Positions 1-7,406 of a DNA stretch of 61,940 nucleotides are shown here, one piece after another. The DNA is from Elusimicrobiota bacterium (GTDB lineage Bacteria > Elusimicrobiota > Elusimicrobia > UBA1565 > UBA9628). Under the pieces are notes generated by a model. The model had not been told where the DNA came from and did no database searches. It was given only the letters and a program-made list of their open reading frames with translations. The DNA lies in the NCBI GenBank assembly GCA_027327915.1, contig DAHVWT010000001.1:1-61940 (forward strand). Direction: 5' to 3'. Position 1 is the stretch's first letter. The number at the start of each line of letters is the position of its first letter. A program made the translations under genes and the position numbers.

Positions 1-207
1 GAAGCCGCCGAAATCGTGGATGGTCTTGGGCTTGGGCATGTGCGTTACCATAGTCCCCTCCGTCAGCCAATGCGCCGACACGCAGACGACGGCCTTGGGC
101 CGGCCGATCTCCCGACCCAACCGACCCAAGGCGCGCGTAAAGTCGTTGTCATGCAGAGCGTGCATCGGGCTTCCGTGGCCGATGAACAGGACGGGCATTT
201 TTTTCAT
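1..207 (-). CDS. YgiD-like 4,5-DOPA dioxygenase extradiol (class III extradiol dioxygenase), N-terminal part; gene runs off the left edge
   Basis: Absent from the ORF track because there is no stop in the window. The reverse complement of 1..207 reads MKKMPVLFIGHGSPMHALHDNDFTRALGRLGREIGRPKAVVCVSAHWLTEGTMVTHMPKPKTIHDFGGF. This fits the conserved YgiD N-terminus (GHGSPMN ... SAHW ... IHDFGGF). ATG at 205..207. Confidence 0.6.
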   Translation of the reverse strand, partial: MKKMPVLFIGHGSPMHALHDNDFTRALGRLGREIGRPKAVVCVSAHWLTEGTMVTHMPKPKTIHDFGGF

Positions 208-483
208 GATTCCGCCTCCTGTGAGGAGCCTACATATTCCATATGTTCCCTTCGTGACGTTCGTATCATTACTTGCACATGCGCACGATGCCTGAGTCTC
301 GAGTCCATCGATAGACCGGTTCGCAATCCGCCGCCGGAGCAGGCACCGTATTGACAGGTTCTGGAGACGCGCTAGGGACGATCATCGCTCGATCCTCCTG
401 GCCAGCAGGCCGTCGATTGAAACCCCGCCATGATGACAAGCCATTTTACAAACTCAATATAACCCTCCACGCCCAAGATGCAC

Positions 484-527
484 GGGACACTTCGCCCCAC
501 GCTGACACGCATCGGCCCCATGCGTGT
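484..527. repeat. Copy 1 of a 44-bp direct repeat containing an 8-bp-stem hairpin (ACACGCAT-CGGCCCC-ATGCGTGT)
   Basis: gggacacttcgccccacgctgacacgcatcggccccatgcgtgt is 43/44 identical to 4996..5039 in the same orientation. Flanking sequence is unrelated. Confidence 0.8.
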
Positions 528-608
528 CGGGGAGGTGGGTAGGAGCCTGATCGGGGGCCGTTGCGGCCGGTGAGAATGCCCAAGTCCGGACACCTCCCCC
601 AACGCTCC

Positions 609-866
609 CTACCTCAAGGACTCGGGCAGGCGGCTTAGAATCTCCTCCCTGATCTTCTCCGCCGAGGCCAATGCCGCCCGAGCGTCGCCTTCGGTCGGCT
701 CCTCCGCGAAATCCGGATACCTCGAGTCGACCGCATGCTCAGAGAGCGCGCGGATGTCCGCATCCGAGAGGCCGATCCCAAACGATATGGCCGCACTTTG
801 GCCGCAGTGATTCGTGTAAACCTCAAGCTCTGAAAACCATGAGCTTGATATTCTCGGAATTTTGAT
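609..866 (-). pseudogene. HEPN-domain protein remnant (C-terminal half only, no usable start codon)
   Basis: The open frame ends ...LSDADIRALSEHAVDSRYPDFAEEPTEGDARAALASAEKIREEILSRLPESLR*. The RYPD...EPT..DA..A...AE.I pattern is typical of HEPN C-termini. There is no ATG/GTG/TTG in frame and no R-x4-6-H region upstream. Confidence 0.4.
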
Positions 867-886
867 TCATAATTCCTTAAGAGAAT
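850..886 (+). promoter_or_regulatory. Inverted repeat in an AT-rich stretch directly upstream of abiEi (candidate AbiEi autoregulatory operator)
   Basis: attctcggaatt (850..861) and aattccTTAAgagaat (871..886) are reverse complements apart from a 4-nt insert. They lie 14 nt before the abiEi ATG at 900. Confidence 0.3.
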
Positions 887-899
887 TGAGGTTTTATAC

Positions 900-1514
900 A
901 TGGGGAAATCAAGGGCCGCGTTCAATCGACTCTTTGAAATCGTCCTCGACCAGCAGGGGTACTTCACGGCCAAGCAGGCCGTTGTCGCGGGCTACGCCGA
1001 CAACGTGCACCCCTTCCACGTCAAGGCCGGAAACTGGATCCGCGAGCGGCGCGGCATCTACCGCCTCGCCAAGTTCCCCCCGACCGACCGTCCCGACCTC
1101 ATGCTATGGTCGCTGTGGTCGCGCGGCCGCGACGACAGGCCGCGGGGCGTTTTCTCCCACGAGACCGCGCTCAGCTTCTACGATCTCTCGGACGTCAATC
1201 CCGCGCGCCTCCACATGACCGTCCCGCCTGGCTTCCGCAAAGGGACGCCCCTACCCAAGGGCCTCGTCCTCCATCGCGCGAGAATTCACGAGAGCGATAC
1301 GCAGGAAGTCCTTGGCGTGAAGGTGACGACGCCCCTGCGCACCCTCGCGGACATGGTCGAGGAAGGCGTTGTCCAGAAGGACCATCAAGAGCAGGCCATC
1401 AAGGAGGCGTTTGCGCGCGGGCTTGTTACGGACACTCGGCTTCGCGACGCCGCGCGCATACCCGAAAAAATCAAGCGCGAGATCGTTCGCCTACGGGACA
1501 ATCCTCGTGGCTGA
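900..1514 (+). CDS. abiEi: Type IV toxin-antitoxin system AbiEi-family antitoxin
   Basis: 204-aa ORF. It has an N-terminal wHTH-like region (AFNRLFEIVLDQQGYFTAKQAVVAG...GIYRL) and a C-terminal AbiEi_4-like region (SHETALSFYDLSDVNP...HM). Its stop overlaps the downstream AbiEii start by 8 nt. Confidence 0.85.
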   Translation: MGKSRAAFNRLFEIVLDQQGYFTAKQAVVAGYADNVHPFHVKAGNWIRERRGIYRLAKFPPTDRPDLMLWSLWSRGRDDRPRGVFSHETALSFYDLSDVNPARLHMTVPPGFRKGTPLPKGLVLHRARIHESDTQEVLGVKVTTPLRTLADMVEEGVVQKDHQEQAIKEAFARGLVTDTRLRDAARIPEKIKREIVRLRDNPRG

Positions 1515-2170
1515 GCCGCAGCGCTACGAGAGCGCGTCGGCATTCCGTCGGGCCTTCGAGGACAGGCTCAAGACGATCTCGATCAAGGAGCGCATCCCCC
1601 TCGAACGCCTGCGACGCCAGGCCGCCTTCGACCGCCTGTTGGCCAGGCTTTTCGCCGCGCCCAACGCTCCTTGGGTGCTCAAGGGCGGCTACGCCCTCGA
1701 ACTGCGCTTGAGAGATGGGGGATTTCTTCGAGTTCCAGGTCGGCGAGCCCATGATGGACCTTGACGCAGCCCCCTACGGCGGAGCGCGCCTCCCCGTAAC
1801 GGCAATGATGGACAACCGCGTTTTCGCCAAGTTCCACCTCGACGCCGCGATCGGCGACCCCGTGATCGAGCCGCTGTCGACGACCTCGGGGCACGACTGG
1901 CTGGGCTTCGCGGACATCCCGGCCGGGAGCTTCCTCACGATCTCGCCCGAGCAGCATATGGCGGAGAAGCTCCACGCCTACACTCTCCCCCGCCTCACGC
2001 CCAATTCCCGCGTCCGCGACTTGGTCGACATGGAGCTCCTCATGCGCTCAAACGTCCTCGATCGCGGACGCGTCAAGGAGGCCCTGCGCGTCGTCTTCGC
2101 GCGGCGCAAGACGCACGAGCCGCCGGAGGCGCTGACGCCACCGGACGCGGCCCCAGGTACGTCACAGTGA
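1507..2170 (+). pseudogene. abiEii: AbiEii/AbiGii-family nucleotidyltransferase toxin, disrupted by an internal out-of-frame deletion
   Basis: From GTG 1507 the N-terminal frame reads ...FDRLLARLFAAPNAPWVLKGGYALELRLRD, then runs into nonsense and stops at 1764. The C-terminal part GDFFEFQVGEP...FHLDAAIGDP...MAEKLHAY... is in another frame (1715..2170). The segment that normally carries the catalytic (R)ATKD(I/L)D motif between them is missing. Confidence 0.75.
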
Positions 2171-2270
2171 ACAACAAGGCCGGAAGGCCGACGCCCCAGG
2201 AGATTCCCCACACCCGGAAGCCATCTCCCTCAACGACAGGGATCATCCTGGTATTCTCTTGATGTCCGCC

Positions 2271-3083
2271 TTAACGCGCATCGCGGACGAGCCTAAACCC
2301 CAGATCAACGTAGCGCCCCTTCTCCTCGACGCAGGTTCGTTGCGCGGCGCGGGCGCCAACGGACGTGCCTGTCCAACCTCCGCCGCGAACGGCCCGGCAC
2401 GAGCCCGTCGCGGCGCCCTGAGGATCGAAGACGGTTCCATGGGGATAGGGCCCGAACAGGTCCCGCGTCCACTCCCAGACGTTGCCCAGCATATCATAAA
2501 GCCCGAAGGCGTTCGGGGTGGGCGAGGCCACGGGATGGGGCTTGTTTCCCGAGTTCTCTAAAGTCCACGCGGCGGGTCGGGCGGCGTATTCCCACTCCGC
2601 CTCGGTCGGAAGGCGGTAGCGGTACTTGTCTTGAGCCGCGTTGAGCTTGTCGATGAAGATCTGCGCGTCCTCCCACGACACGTTCTCGACGGGGTTGTCG
2701 GCGCACACCTCCACGCCCATGACGACCCGATGACGGCCCGCCTCGCAGTCTCCGGAGCTTTTGAACCGCGAGGGGTTCTCCCCCATCACAAGAGCGTACT
2801 GGAGCTGCGTCACCTCGGTCGCCTGCATCTCGAAGCCCCGGGTAATGGCGACCGTATGAAGGACCTCGTTGTCGCCGCGCGGGACGGCGCCCTCGGGAGT
2901 CCCCATCTCAAACGCGCCCGGAGGCATCGCCACGAAATGCGCCGCGACGCCCGCGACCTTCTCGTCCAGCGCGGACAAGGCCGCAGATTCGTCCGGCGGT
3001 GACGTCCACGCCGTTTCCGTCAGAAGGCCCGCGAACAGGATCATCGCGTTCCGTCCAAGCAACGCGCCTCTATTCATATCCAT
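2271..3083 (-). CDS. Formylglycine-generating-enzyme-like (SUMF1/EgtB/PvdO family) domain protein, secreted
   Basis: Motifs seen: RLPTEAEWEYAAR, GLYDMLGNVWEWT, RAVRGGGW. Likely start is MDMNRGALLGRNAMILFAGLL (signal-like) at 3083, not the track start at 3155. Confidence 0.8.
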   Translation of the reverse strand: MDMNRGALLGRNAMILFAGLLTETAWTSPPDESAALSALDEKVAGVAAHFVAMPPGAFEMGTPEGAVPRGDNEVLHTVAITRGFEMQATEVTQLQYALVMGENPSRFKSSGDCEAGRHRVVMGVEVCADNPVENVSWEDAQIFIDKLNAAQDKYRYRLPTEAEWEYAARPAAWTLENSGNKPHPVASPTPNAFGLYDMLGNVWEWTRDLFGPYPHGTVFDPQGAATGSCRAVRGGGWTGTSVGARAAQRTCVEEKGRYVDLGFRLVRDAR

Positions 3084-3184
3084 CTTGTGACTCGCAAGTC
3101 CCGAGGGACGGCAGGGACCTAAGGGAATGGTCCTTGGGGCCAATGGTCCCGGCAAGGGACATCCCGCGTTGGCGGAGACTTAAG

Positions 3185-3510
3185 CTAGTGGGTCCCTGCC
3201 AAGATGTCGGCGGTCGTGCGGACGAGGCCCCTGCGCGGAAAGGCCCGCTTGAACGCATGCTCGTGCCCCCCGGCGGTCATGCCGGCCATGGCGTCGTGGG
3301 CGAAGACCTGGCGGAAACCGCGCTCGTAGGCGTCCCGCGCCGTGCCCTAGACCCCGAAGCAGGTCGCGATGCCCGCGAGAATGATCGTGTCGAGGCCCCG
3401 TCGACGCGAACGTGTCTCCTTATCCACGTGCCCCTCGCGCCCCAGGATCGTCATGTCGCGCACGTCGACGACGGCGGTCGAGTCCATGCCCGGAACGTGT
3501 CCACGCACCC
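3185..3510 (-). pseudogene. Isochorismatase-family hydrolase remnant: in-frame TAG and 5' truncation by an IS end
   Basis: Reads ...VDVRDMTILGREGHVDKETRSRRRGLDTIILAGIATCFGV*GTARDAYERGFRQVFAHDAMAGMTAGGHEHAFKRAFPRRGLVRTTADILAGTH*. The in-frame stop at 3347..3349 falls where the family has CV-E-STARDA. The upstream half of the gene is replaced by the IS terminal repeat at 3511. Confidence 0.65.
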
Positions 3511-3543
3511 CAGCATTTTCTAATCCAAGAATGAGCCTGAAAT
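3511..3543. repeat. Solo terminal inverted repeat of the IS found at 5125..6614
   Basis: cagcattttctaatccaagaatgagcctgaaat matches the reverse complement of the IS right end (6578..6610) at 29/33 positions. No transposase follows it. Confidence 0.6.
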
Positions 3544-3632
3544 GGCGACATTGAATCGGTATCGGGCCGTGGCATACTGGGGGCGCTAGGCTTGCGAACG
3601 GCTCGATTTGAACCCGAACGAAGAAGACCGGC

Positions 3633-4805
3633 CTACGGCAGTTCCCTCTCCCGGCAAAAGCGCTCGAAAGGGATGACCCGCACTCCGCTGCCGGCGTGCG
3701 TGAAGTCCTTTGACCCCAGGTGCACCTGGTAAAACGCCGGGATCGCGGTGCGCGCCTTGAAATAAGCGGCTGCCGGGGAGACGCTCCGCTCCCCGGTCTT
3801 GCACTCCACGGCGAACTCCGCGGCCCCGTCGCGCAGGACCACGAAGTCCACCTCGCGCTTGTCCGTGTCGCGCAGATAGCGCAGCTCCATGCGGCGGCCT
3901 TGCGTGTCCTCCAGCCGGTGGCAATACTTGAGCAGCTGGGAGGCGACCATGTTTTCAAAGCGGGGCCCCCCCTCGGGCGCTTGGGACCAGTCCCATAAGT
4001 AGAGCTTGCGCTCCTTCTTCACCGCTCGAATCCGGGCGCTCCCGTAGGGGGCGATGCGGAAGCAAAAATAAAGCCGCTCGAGAATCGTCAGCCAGCGCTC
4101 CGCCGTCTCCTGGGCCACCTGGAGCAGCTCGCTCAAGCTCCTGACGGACAGGGGCGAGCCGATGCAGCGCGGAAGATGGTGCACGAGAAGCTCGATCAAG
4201 GACACTTCGCGGACCTGCTCCAGGTCCCGCAAATCGTCGCGAACGACGCGATCCTGATGCTCCTTTTCCCAACGGCGATGCTCCTGGTCGCTTCCCGCGA
4301 ACAACGGCTCCGGGAAGCCTCCGAACCGCAGCAGAAGCCGGACCGTTTGGGCGTTCGCCGAGGGGTCCAATTCGCGCAGCGAGATGGGATGCAGGCGGTA
4401 GTAATGGTAGCGCCCCTGGAGGGAATCGCCGCCCTTGCGGTAGTAATCCAGCCGGGCGGAGCCCGTCACGAGAATGGAAAGTTTCGATTTCTGCGTGTCG
4501 TAAAGCCCCTTGACGAGGTTGCGCCAGCGCGCGAACTTGTGAATCTCATCGAGCAGCACGATCTCCTCGCCTGAGGGCAGTTCGCCGTTGAGCAGCCGCT
4601 TGCGGTGCTCATCCCGGTCCCAGTTCATGTAGGCCGGATGCGTCTCGTTCTTGGGCGGAGTCTGAAGCAGGCTGAGCGCGAACGTGGTCTTGCCCACCTG
4701 GCGCGGCCCGCCGATGAACACCATCTTCCGGGCCAAGTCCTCGCGCACGGGCGTCCAGAGATAGCGGCGCAGGGGCTGTTTCGGCATATGAGTAATACCA
4801 CGCAT
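3633..4805 (-). CDS. AAA-family ATPase with C-terminal DUF4143 (AAA_14/DUF4143 architecture)
   Basis: P-loop GGPRQVGKTT and Walker B IVLLDEIH are present. The C-terminal half is typical of DUF4143 (LERLYFCFRIAPYG...KLYLWD...EVDFVV). A perfect TATAAT (4810..4815, minus sense) lies 4 nt from the ATG at 4805. An alternative start is MPKQ at 4787. Confidence 0.85.
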   Translation of the reverse strand: MRGITHMPKQPLRRYLWTPVREDLARKMVFIGGPRQVGKTTFALSLLQTPPKNETHPAYMNWDRDEHRKRLLNGELPSGEEIVLLDEIHKFARWRNLVKGLYDTQKSKLSILVTGSARLDYYRKGGDSLQGRYHYYRLHPISLRELDPSANAQTVRLLLRFGGFPEPLFAGSDQEHRRWEKEHQDRVVRDDLRDLEQVREVSLIELLVHHLPRCIGSPLSVRSLSELLQVAQETAERWLTILERLYFCFRIAPYGSARIRAVKKERKLYLWDWSQAPEGGPRFENMVASQLLKYCHRLEDTQGRRMELRYLRDTDKREVDFVVLRDGAAEFAVECKTGERSVSPAAAYFKARTAIPAFYQVHLGSKDFTHAGSGVRVIPFERFCRERELP

Positions 4806-4995
4806 ATCTAATTATACTCATTAGTCTTGTCGTGTTCATACGATATTGCACGGATCAAGCCGGCAATGCGCCCGGCCTCGCTCCCTCCGCAACGTGCCTC
4901 AGACGGGGCTGCGGCCGCCGCAGCCGCGTCATGGCTCCCGCCCGCCGCCGCCGGGGCGGGCTCGGAGAGCGCTGGCGGAGATCGCCTGCACGCAA

Positions 4996-5039
4996 GGGAC
5001 ACTTCGCCCCCCGCTGACACGCATCGGCCCCATGCGTGT
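4996..5039. repeat. Copy 2 of the 44-bp hairpin-containing direct repeat
   Basis: 43/44 identical to 484..527. Followed by two more ACACGCAT motifs at 5059..5066 and 5072..5079. Confidence 0.8.
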
Positions 5040-5124
5040 AAAAAAGGGTAAAATCCCAACACGCATGGCGGACACGCATTCCCGGGTTTGGCCGCATTTT
5101 AGCCGCAATCCGTGTCATGCGGGA

Positions 5125-6614
5125 GCCCCAGTCTTTTCCAATACAGAATGAGCCCCAAATATTCCGTGATTCCAATGCAAGATGAGCCCCAAATAGGGCG
5201 TTGGAGCCGCCACAGGCCTGCCGTCATAATCGGAGGTTATGACGCTGACCATGGACGACACCAGCATGCAGACCCTCGCGGACCTGGCCCGATTCTTGAG
5301 CGGCTCGGCGCGAGTCAAACTCAAGGCCGTCTCGCGTCGAGAACGTTATGCCTGGGTCAGCGCGACCCTCGCGAAGTTCAAGTATTGGCATCTGCGCAAG
5401 AAGGACAAGAGCATCGTGAAGGGCTACGCGCTCCGCATGACCGGCTTCTCCGACGCCCAGATGACCCGTCTCATCGCCAGGCGCCTCGCCCAAGGCCGCC
5501 TCAGTCGACAACGGGGCCGTCGCCACGGCTTCCCCCGCCGCTACAACCTCTTCGACCTCGCGCTTCTCGCCGAGACGGACAACCTTCATCAACGCCTCTC
5601 GGGGCCGGCCATGAAGAAGCTCTTCCAGCGGGCCCATGCCCTCTACGGCGATCGCCGCTTCGAACGGCTCAAGGATATCTCCGTCGCGCACTTATACAAC
5701 CTGCGGGCGACGCCCCAGTACCTCCGGCGATCCGCCGTCTTTGCGAAAACGCGATCGGTGAAGGTCGCCATCGGCCTGCGCCAGAAGCCGCGGGCGCTGG
5801 GCCGGCCGGGCTTCCTGCGCGTCGATACGGTTCACCAAGGCGACCGCGACAAGGCCAAGGGGGTCTATCACATCAACATCGTCGACGAGGTAACCCAATG
5901 GGAGATCGTCGGCGCCGTCGAGGGCATCTCCGAGGCCTTTCTCATCCCGCTCATCGAGGCGATGCTGGCTCTGTTCCCCTTCGAGATCCTCGGCTTTCAC
6001 TCCGACAACGGCTCCGAATACATCAACGACAAGGTCGCCCAAATGCTCAATAAGCTCTTGGTCGAGCAAACCAAGTCCAGGGCCAACCGCACCAACGACA
6101 ATGCGCTCGTCGAGGGCAAGAACGGCAGCATCATCCGCAAGCATATGGGCTATTGGCACATCCCAAGCCGCTACGCGGCGAAGATCAATGCCTTCTACAG
6201 GGAGCATCTCAACGAGTATCTCAACTTCCATCGCCCCTGCGGCTTCCCGACCAGGATCATCGACGAGAAGGGCAAGGCCAGGAAGGTCTACAAGAGCTGG
6301 CAGACGCCTTACGAGCGCCTCACATCGCTGCCTCGGTGGTCCCAATACCTGCGTCCCGGCGTCGATGCCCAGGCGCTCAAGGCCATCGCCTCCCGACGCA
6401 GCGACAACGAGCAGGCACGCTTGATGCAGGCCGCCAAAGCGAACCTTTTCGCTTCGTTCGAATCTTCTTAAAAACGGTGAACGACTCCAACGACTACAGC
6501 TTCCGACAGCATCTTCCTTCGGTTAACGGCATCTATGTCTAGATTTCAACAACAACGGCACGGCTTACGGCTATCTCATTTGGGGCTCATCCTTGGATTG
6601 GAAAATGCTGCCCC
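5125..6614 (+). mobile_element. Insertion sequence (~1.5 kb) with a single DDE/rve transposase and imperfect ~33-bp terminal inverted repeats
   Basis: IRL is 5129..5160 (cagtcttttccaatacagaatgagccccaaat). IRR is 6578..6610, whose reverse complement is cagcattttccaatccaaggatgagccccaaat. A 25-nt subterminal copy of the IRL core lies at 5171..5195. GCCCC at 5125..5129 and 6610..6614 may be a target-site duplication, so the exact ends are ambiguous by a few nt. Confidence 0.8.
5239..6471 (+). CDS. DDE-type integrase/transposase (rve core domain)
   Basis: 410-aa ORF with an N-terminal HTH-like region. The catalytic core reads ...FLRVDTVHQGD...HINIVDEVTQW...GFHSDNGSEYIN...NDNALVEGKNGSIIRKH (D, D, E spacing typical of rve). 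The IS family cannot be assigned by eye. Confidence 0.9.
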   Translation: MTLTMDDTSMQTLADLARFLSGSARVKLKAVSRRERYAWVSATLAKFKYWHLRKKDKSIVKGYALRMTGFSDAQMTRLIARRLAQGRLSRQRGRRHGFPRRYNLFDLALLAETDNLHQRLSGPAMKKLFQRAHALYGDRRFERLKDISVAHLYNLRATPQYLRRSAVFAKTRSVKVAIGLRQKPRALGRPGFLRVDTVHQGDRDKAKGVYHINIVDEVTQWEIVGAVEGISEAFLIPLIEAMLALFPFEILGFHSDNGSEYINDKVAQMLNKLLVEQTKSRANRTNDNALVEGKNGSIIRKHMGYWHIPSRYAAKINAFYREHLNEYLNFHRPCGFPTRIIDEKGKARKVYKSWQTPYERLTSLPRWSQYLRPGVDAQALKAIASRRSDNEQARLMQAAKANLFASFESS

Positions 6615-6645
6615 GGACCACAAAAAAGTGTTGAATTTCCTTTAC

Positions 6646-6729
6646 GGGCAGGTGGCGGAACTGGCAGACGCAAGGGACTTAAAATCCCTCGGCCGCAAGG
6701 CCGTGCGGGTTCGATTCCCGCCCTGCCCA
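6646..6729 (+). tRNA. tRNA-Leu (anticodon UAA)
   Basis: Cloverleaf: acceptor GGGCAGG/CCTGCCC, anticodon arm AGGGA-CTTAAAA-TCCCT, long variable arm CGGCCGCAAGGCCGT, T arm GCGGG-TTCGATT-CCCGC, discriminator A. Confidence 0.9.
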
Positions 6730-6743
6730 GCTCGACGGGCCCC

Positions 6744-7406
6744 ATGAAAATCGCCCAGCCCGGGGAAAAACCCGTCCTGCTCGCCTTCATCGCCTCCGGC
6801 ACGATTCTCATCTTCTTCCTGGCCCTGCTCTCCATCGGGGGCGCCGCCAATTGGGCGACGGTGATGGCCGGCCTCCTCGCCCTGTTGGCCCTCGTCGCCT
6901 CGGGGCTCCTCTTCTACTTCTACCGCGACCCCGACCGGACAACCCCGGAAAACCCCGGCATGATCTACGCCCCCGGGGACGGCCGAGTCTTGAGCGTCGA
7001 GCAGGAGCGCGAAGGCGGCGGCAAGACGGTGCGCATTTTCCTCTCCGTCTTCGACGTGCACGTCCAGCGCCTGCCTTGTTCGGGTCGAGTCCAAGCGATC
7101 GAATACCATAAAGGCGCCTTCAAGGCCGCGATGGCCGCCGCCGCGCGCGAAAACGAGCGGCTTGCGCTGACGATCATCCCCGACGGCCGTTCGGAGCCGG
7201 TCGTCGTCGAGCAAATCGCGGGGCTGCTGGCGCGGCGCATCGAGTGTTGGATGAAGGAGGGCGCCGGCGGCCAGGCGGGCGATCGCTACGGCATCATCCA
7301 CTTCGGCTCCCAGGTCGCGGTCCACCTTCCTCCGTCCGCCGCGCCGACCGTCATCCCCGGCGTGCGCGTCTCGGCCGGCGTCACCCCCATCGCCCAATGG
7401 CGCTGA
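6744..7406 (+). CDS. psd: Phosphatidylserine decarboxylase family protein (short, membrane-anchored form)
   Basis: Two N-terminal TM segments, then YRDPDR...APGDGRV...IFLSVFDVHVQR.P..G and the self-cleavage-type HFGSQV motif. Its stop overlaps the pssA start. Confidence 0.85.
   Translation: MKIAQPGEKPVLLAFIASGTILIFFLALLSIGGAANWATVMAGLLALLALVASGLLFYFYRDPDRTTPENPGMIYAPGDGRVLSVEQEREGGGKTVRIFLSVFDVHVQRLPCSGRVQAIEYHKGAFKAAMAAAARENERLALTIIPDGRSEPVVVEQIAGLLARRIECWMKEGAGGQAGDRYGIIHFGSQVAVHLPPSAAPTVIPGVRVSAGVTPIAQWR

Noticed and set aside
484-527. The 44-bp repeat hairpin as an intrinsic terminator
   Set aside because: Neither copy has a U-tract following the stem on either strand. At copy 2 an A-run follows on the plus strand, which would be a T-run preceding the stem on the minus strand. 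Copy 1 is not positioned at a gene end.
635-973. 112-aa minus-strand ORF
   Set aside because: The translation has no recognisable features and overlaps the abiEi start. A different frame over 609..866 gives a convincing HEPN C-terminus, so that frame was reported as a remnant instead.
3114-3150. GGGACC/GGTCCC inverted repeat and AATGGTCC x2 direct repeat upstream of the FGE-like gene
   Set aside because: These are short (6-8 nt) GC-rich matches that could easily arise by chance in this composition. There is no supporting context, so it was not promoted to a regulatory call.
3347-3958. 203-aa minus-strand ORF
   Set aside because: It is a composite reading frame. It fuses part of the isochorismatase remnant, the solo IS end and out-of-frame sequence of the DUF4143 ATPase gene. 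Only its 3' ~55 codons carry family-like sequence.
5112-6053. 313-aa plus-strand ORF inside the IS
   Set aside because: It is an alternative frame of the transposase gene with a Pro/Arg/Gly-rich translation. The 5239..6471 frame carries the DDE/rve motifs.
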